Positions 61,716 to 64,000 of a stretch of 64,000 bases of DNA are shown here, piece by piece. The notes under the pieces were generated by a model. That model searched no databases. It was not told the DNA's origin and saw only the letters and a list, made by a program, of their open reading frames with translations. Within the stretch, counting starts at the first letter, position 1; each line of letters begins with the position of its first letter. Origin of the DNA: an uncultured Nitrososphaerota archaeon. Lineage in GTDB: Archaea > Thermoproteota > EX4484-205 > JAAOZO01. Position numbers and translations under genes: made by a program. The stretch spans positions 125,067 through 189,066 of the forward strand of contig CAYOYV010000003.1 of assembly GCA_964408285.1 (NCBI GenBank), read 5' to 3'.

Positions 61716-63707
61716 TTAGTAGCCCGTGGGTCCTACCGATATGCCACCTGTGACAGAATTCACTCCCATCAGTATTGCAGCAACGAGCGTTGCGCCTGCC
61801 AAGAAACCAATCGCCACGGGAACTCCGACTTCCTCATATGCCTTGGCTCCAAAGACTTTCAGTGTGATTACTTTGAGCACCCACGCCAATCCTCCGTTTA
61901 TGAGCCACATGCCGGAATAGAAGAATAGCGCGTAGGGGCTGAAGAAGAACCACGCAAACTGCGATCTTAGGAAGAATAGTACTCCGACCACGACGATCGC
62001 CAATGGAAACATCCAGAAGTTGAAGTCTGCCGGAGGTGCCGCGTCAGTGATCACGTATGGAATCTGCCAGCCCGTTATGTTTGCGCCGCTGCCCAATCCC
62101 CAAGCCTTCAGCTTCCCTATGCCGGTGCCAAATATGATGTACGTAGCAAACGGGAATCCTATGAGCACAGTTATCAGAATGCCAACGAGCTGAGCCTTGA
62201 AAATGTCAGTTTCTTTCGTTTTTGCCGGTTCCGCCATCGTGTAAGTTGAGGTGTATGCCCATTGGGAATGCGTGTTCTGAAGTATTACGCCGCCGACATT
62301 CGCCGTTATTGCGGTACCAGCCATCGTTGCCCAGGCAGACTGGGTCTTTGCAGCTGCACCCGTGGATGGGAAGGTGCCTATGAATGTACCGGCTTTCCAT
62401 GTCAGTGTCCTCACTGGTGTTGCATCCGCTCCGCCCACCCAAGTACCTGTGGCTCCGCAAACTGCGACTATTCCCCACTGGTACAGCAGCCAGACTACAA
62501 AGCCAACTAGAAGCAATAGGACGTTGCCGCCGATTAGGGTCCAGATCACGAACCAAACCACCCATGTCAATACGAACCCGCCCCAGACAAGAAAGTCAGA
62601 CAGTTCTCCTTCTCCTGCTTTCGCCTGTTGGAGCGCCCTCGAAATGCTCTCTGAGTATGTCCTGTATCCGAATATCACGGTCCAGATTCCGATCGCCAGG
62701 ACAGCCCATGGGTTAGCGAAGGTGCTCCATGGGAACGGCCCAGCGCCGGCGGGATTCGTTCCTGGTGTTATTACGCCAGTATTCACTAGGACAAGCGGGA
62801 AGAGAACTTGGAATATGACCAAGAACACGACTATCGAGCTCAAGATGTCCAGAGGGGCTAGATAGAGGACCACTGCATCAGCTGGAATGAACTGCCACCA
62901 AGAGGCGATTGTTCTTTGCGAAATGGCGTTGAAAATGTCTGCGACGAACTGTAGATAAAATTGGCCGAATGCAAAGAAAATCGGGAATGGTGCCGGCTTT
63001 ATTATGTAGTTCAGGGCTGCGATTACACCAACCAGGCCTCCAATGAGAAGACCTGCCAGAAATGGGATGGACTTAACGTATGACATGAAGGTATTCTTTC
63101 TCTGTTGAGACAGCATTTCATTTACAGGTACCATCATCGGGAATGGTAGTCTCTCCTTCTTGATTAACTGTAGGCGCATGACTGCGGCATGGAAGACCAT
63201 GAGCAAGCACCAGAGGACTGTCATGAACATCCAGAAAGCTAGATAGGGGAACAGAGCGCCCAGCGGAACCGACGCCCCACCCAACCAAGCAGGGCTAATC
63301 AGGTTATAGTTGCCTGGAGTCCAAAGCCCAGGATAGTAACTGAGGAGGGCAGCTACGTTTGCATTTGTCTTTGCAAGGTAGGTTCCTGAGAAAATGAACT
63401 GCAGGAATGCTCCTATGACAAATGGGCTGTCTGCTGCAACGAACGCGATTGTCGTGACCACCGTAATTTCTTGCACAGCCAGCCCTGCCCCCGCGAGAAC
63501 CACAGAGGCCAGAGCCAGGAGGAAGACCAGTCCATACGGAGGATAGATGGGAGATCCAATCCTGCCGGCAAAAATCGGTTCAAGACTTATGCCCATGGCC
63601 CACCATGTGGAGATATTTGCGAAGAGGCCGATTATACCGATTATTATGGCTAGAACTATTGCTCTTGTTGTGAACCCTGATTTGATTTCTTCTACTACAC
63701 CTGTCAT
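61716..63707 (-). CDS. OPT-like (DUF6785-like) polytopic membrane protein
   Basis: Very hydrophobic 663-aa protein with GFT.RAI, ERLPFP and P.AIGFLAG motifs; appears distantly related to 55254-57185. Confidence 0.72.
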   Translation of the reverse strand: MTGVVEEIKSGFTTRAIVLAIIIGIIGLFANISTWWAMGISLEPIFAGRIGSPIYPPYGLVFLLALASVVLAGAGLAVQEITVVTTIAFVAADSPFVIGAFLQFIFSGTYLAKTNANVAALLSYYPGLWTPGNYNLISPAWLGGASVPLGALFPYLAFWMFMTVLWCLLMVFHAAVMRLQLIKKERLPFPMMVPVNEMLSQQRKNTFMSYVKSIPFLAGLLIGGLVGVIAALNYIIKPAPFPIFFAFGQFYLQFVADIFNAISQRTIASWWQFIPADAVVLYLAPLDILSSIVVFLVIFQVLFPLVLVNTGVITPGTNPAGAGPFPWSTFANPWAVLAIGIWTVIFGYRTYSESISRALQQAKAGEGELSDFLVWGGFVLTWVVWFVIWTLIGGNVLLLLVGFVVWLLYQWGIVAVCGATGTWVGGADATPVRTLTWKAGTFIGTFPSTGAAAKTQSAWATMAGTAITANVGGVILQNTHSQWAYTSTYTMAEPAKTKETDIFKAQLVGILITVLIGFPFATYIIFGTGIGKLKAWGLGSGANITGWQIPYVITDAAPPADFNFWMFPLAIVVVGVLFFLRSQFAWFFFSPYALFFYSGMWLINGGLAWVLKVITLKVFGAKAYEEVGVPVAIGFLAGATLVAAILMGVNSVTGGISVGPTGY

Positions 63708-64000
63708 ATGTTTTTACCCGAAATACTTTACCTTTGAAAATTAATAAGACTTTCCGGGGGGTCCACAAACGCTTAAATAGACTATCGCTCACGTCCGGAA
63801 TGTTCTGGGATAGTACCCGATAGGATGTCCTACCCGACGAAGAATATACGTCTTGCACCCCGAACAGCCCCTTGTGATGGTTTCAGCGTTTCACCAATGA
63901 CGTGATTCCTTGCTATCCTCGCACGGTGAACGGTTCTTCATCACCTAACACGTAATGTGAAGAGCTGCAATAGCCCGCCTACTCTTGGGCAGCTCATTGA

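Noticed and set aside
63945-63998. Possible 3' end of a minus-strand gene (..NELPKSRRAIAALHITC*)
   Set aside because: Too short to support as a feature.
1-64000. CRISPR arrays, tRNA/rRNA genes, IS elements, integrases
   Set aside because: No spaced repeats, cloverleaf patterns or transposase/recombinase motifs found by eye; short or split RNAs could have been missed.

Overview
Gene-dense archaeal window. The gene content, TATA-like promoters close to start codons and frequent TTG/GTG starts suggest a TACK-type heterotroph such as Bathyarchaeia or a relative (inference). It holds about 50 CDS for central carbon metabolism, glycoside hydrolases, purine and arginine metabolism, metal and ABC transport, and proteolysis. 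I saw no rRNA, tRNA, CRISPR array or mobile element. Three features stand out. (1) A 29-nt intron with a textbook bulge-helix-bulge structure interrupts a protein-coding gene (COG2403 / arginine synthetase ArcE-like, intron 32217-32245); removing it at the canonical cut sites restores the conserved GAAGRD-FHNFN motif. (2) An 899-aa protein fuses two Cdc48-type classic AAA domains to a Lon Ser-Lys protease domain. (3) An uncharacterised membrane system pairs two OPT-like proteins with a 1492-aa degenerate-M28/FtsX fusion. All calls come from motif recognition by eye; no searches were run.
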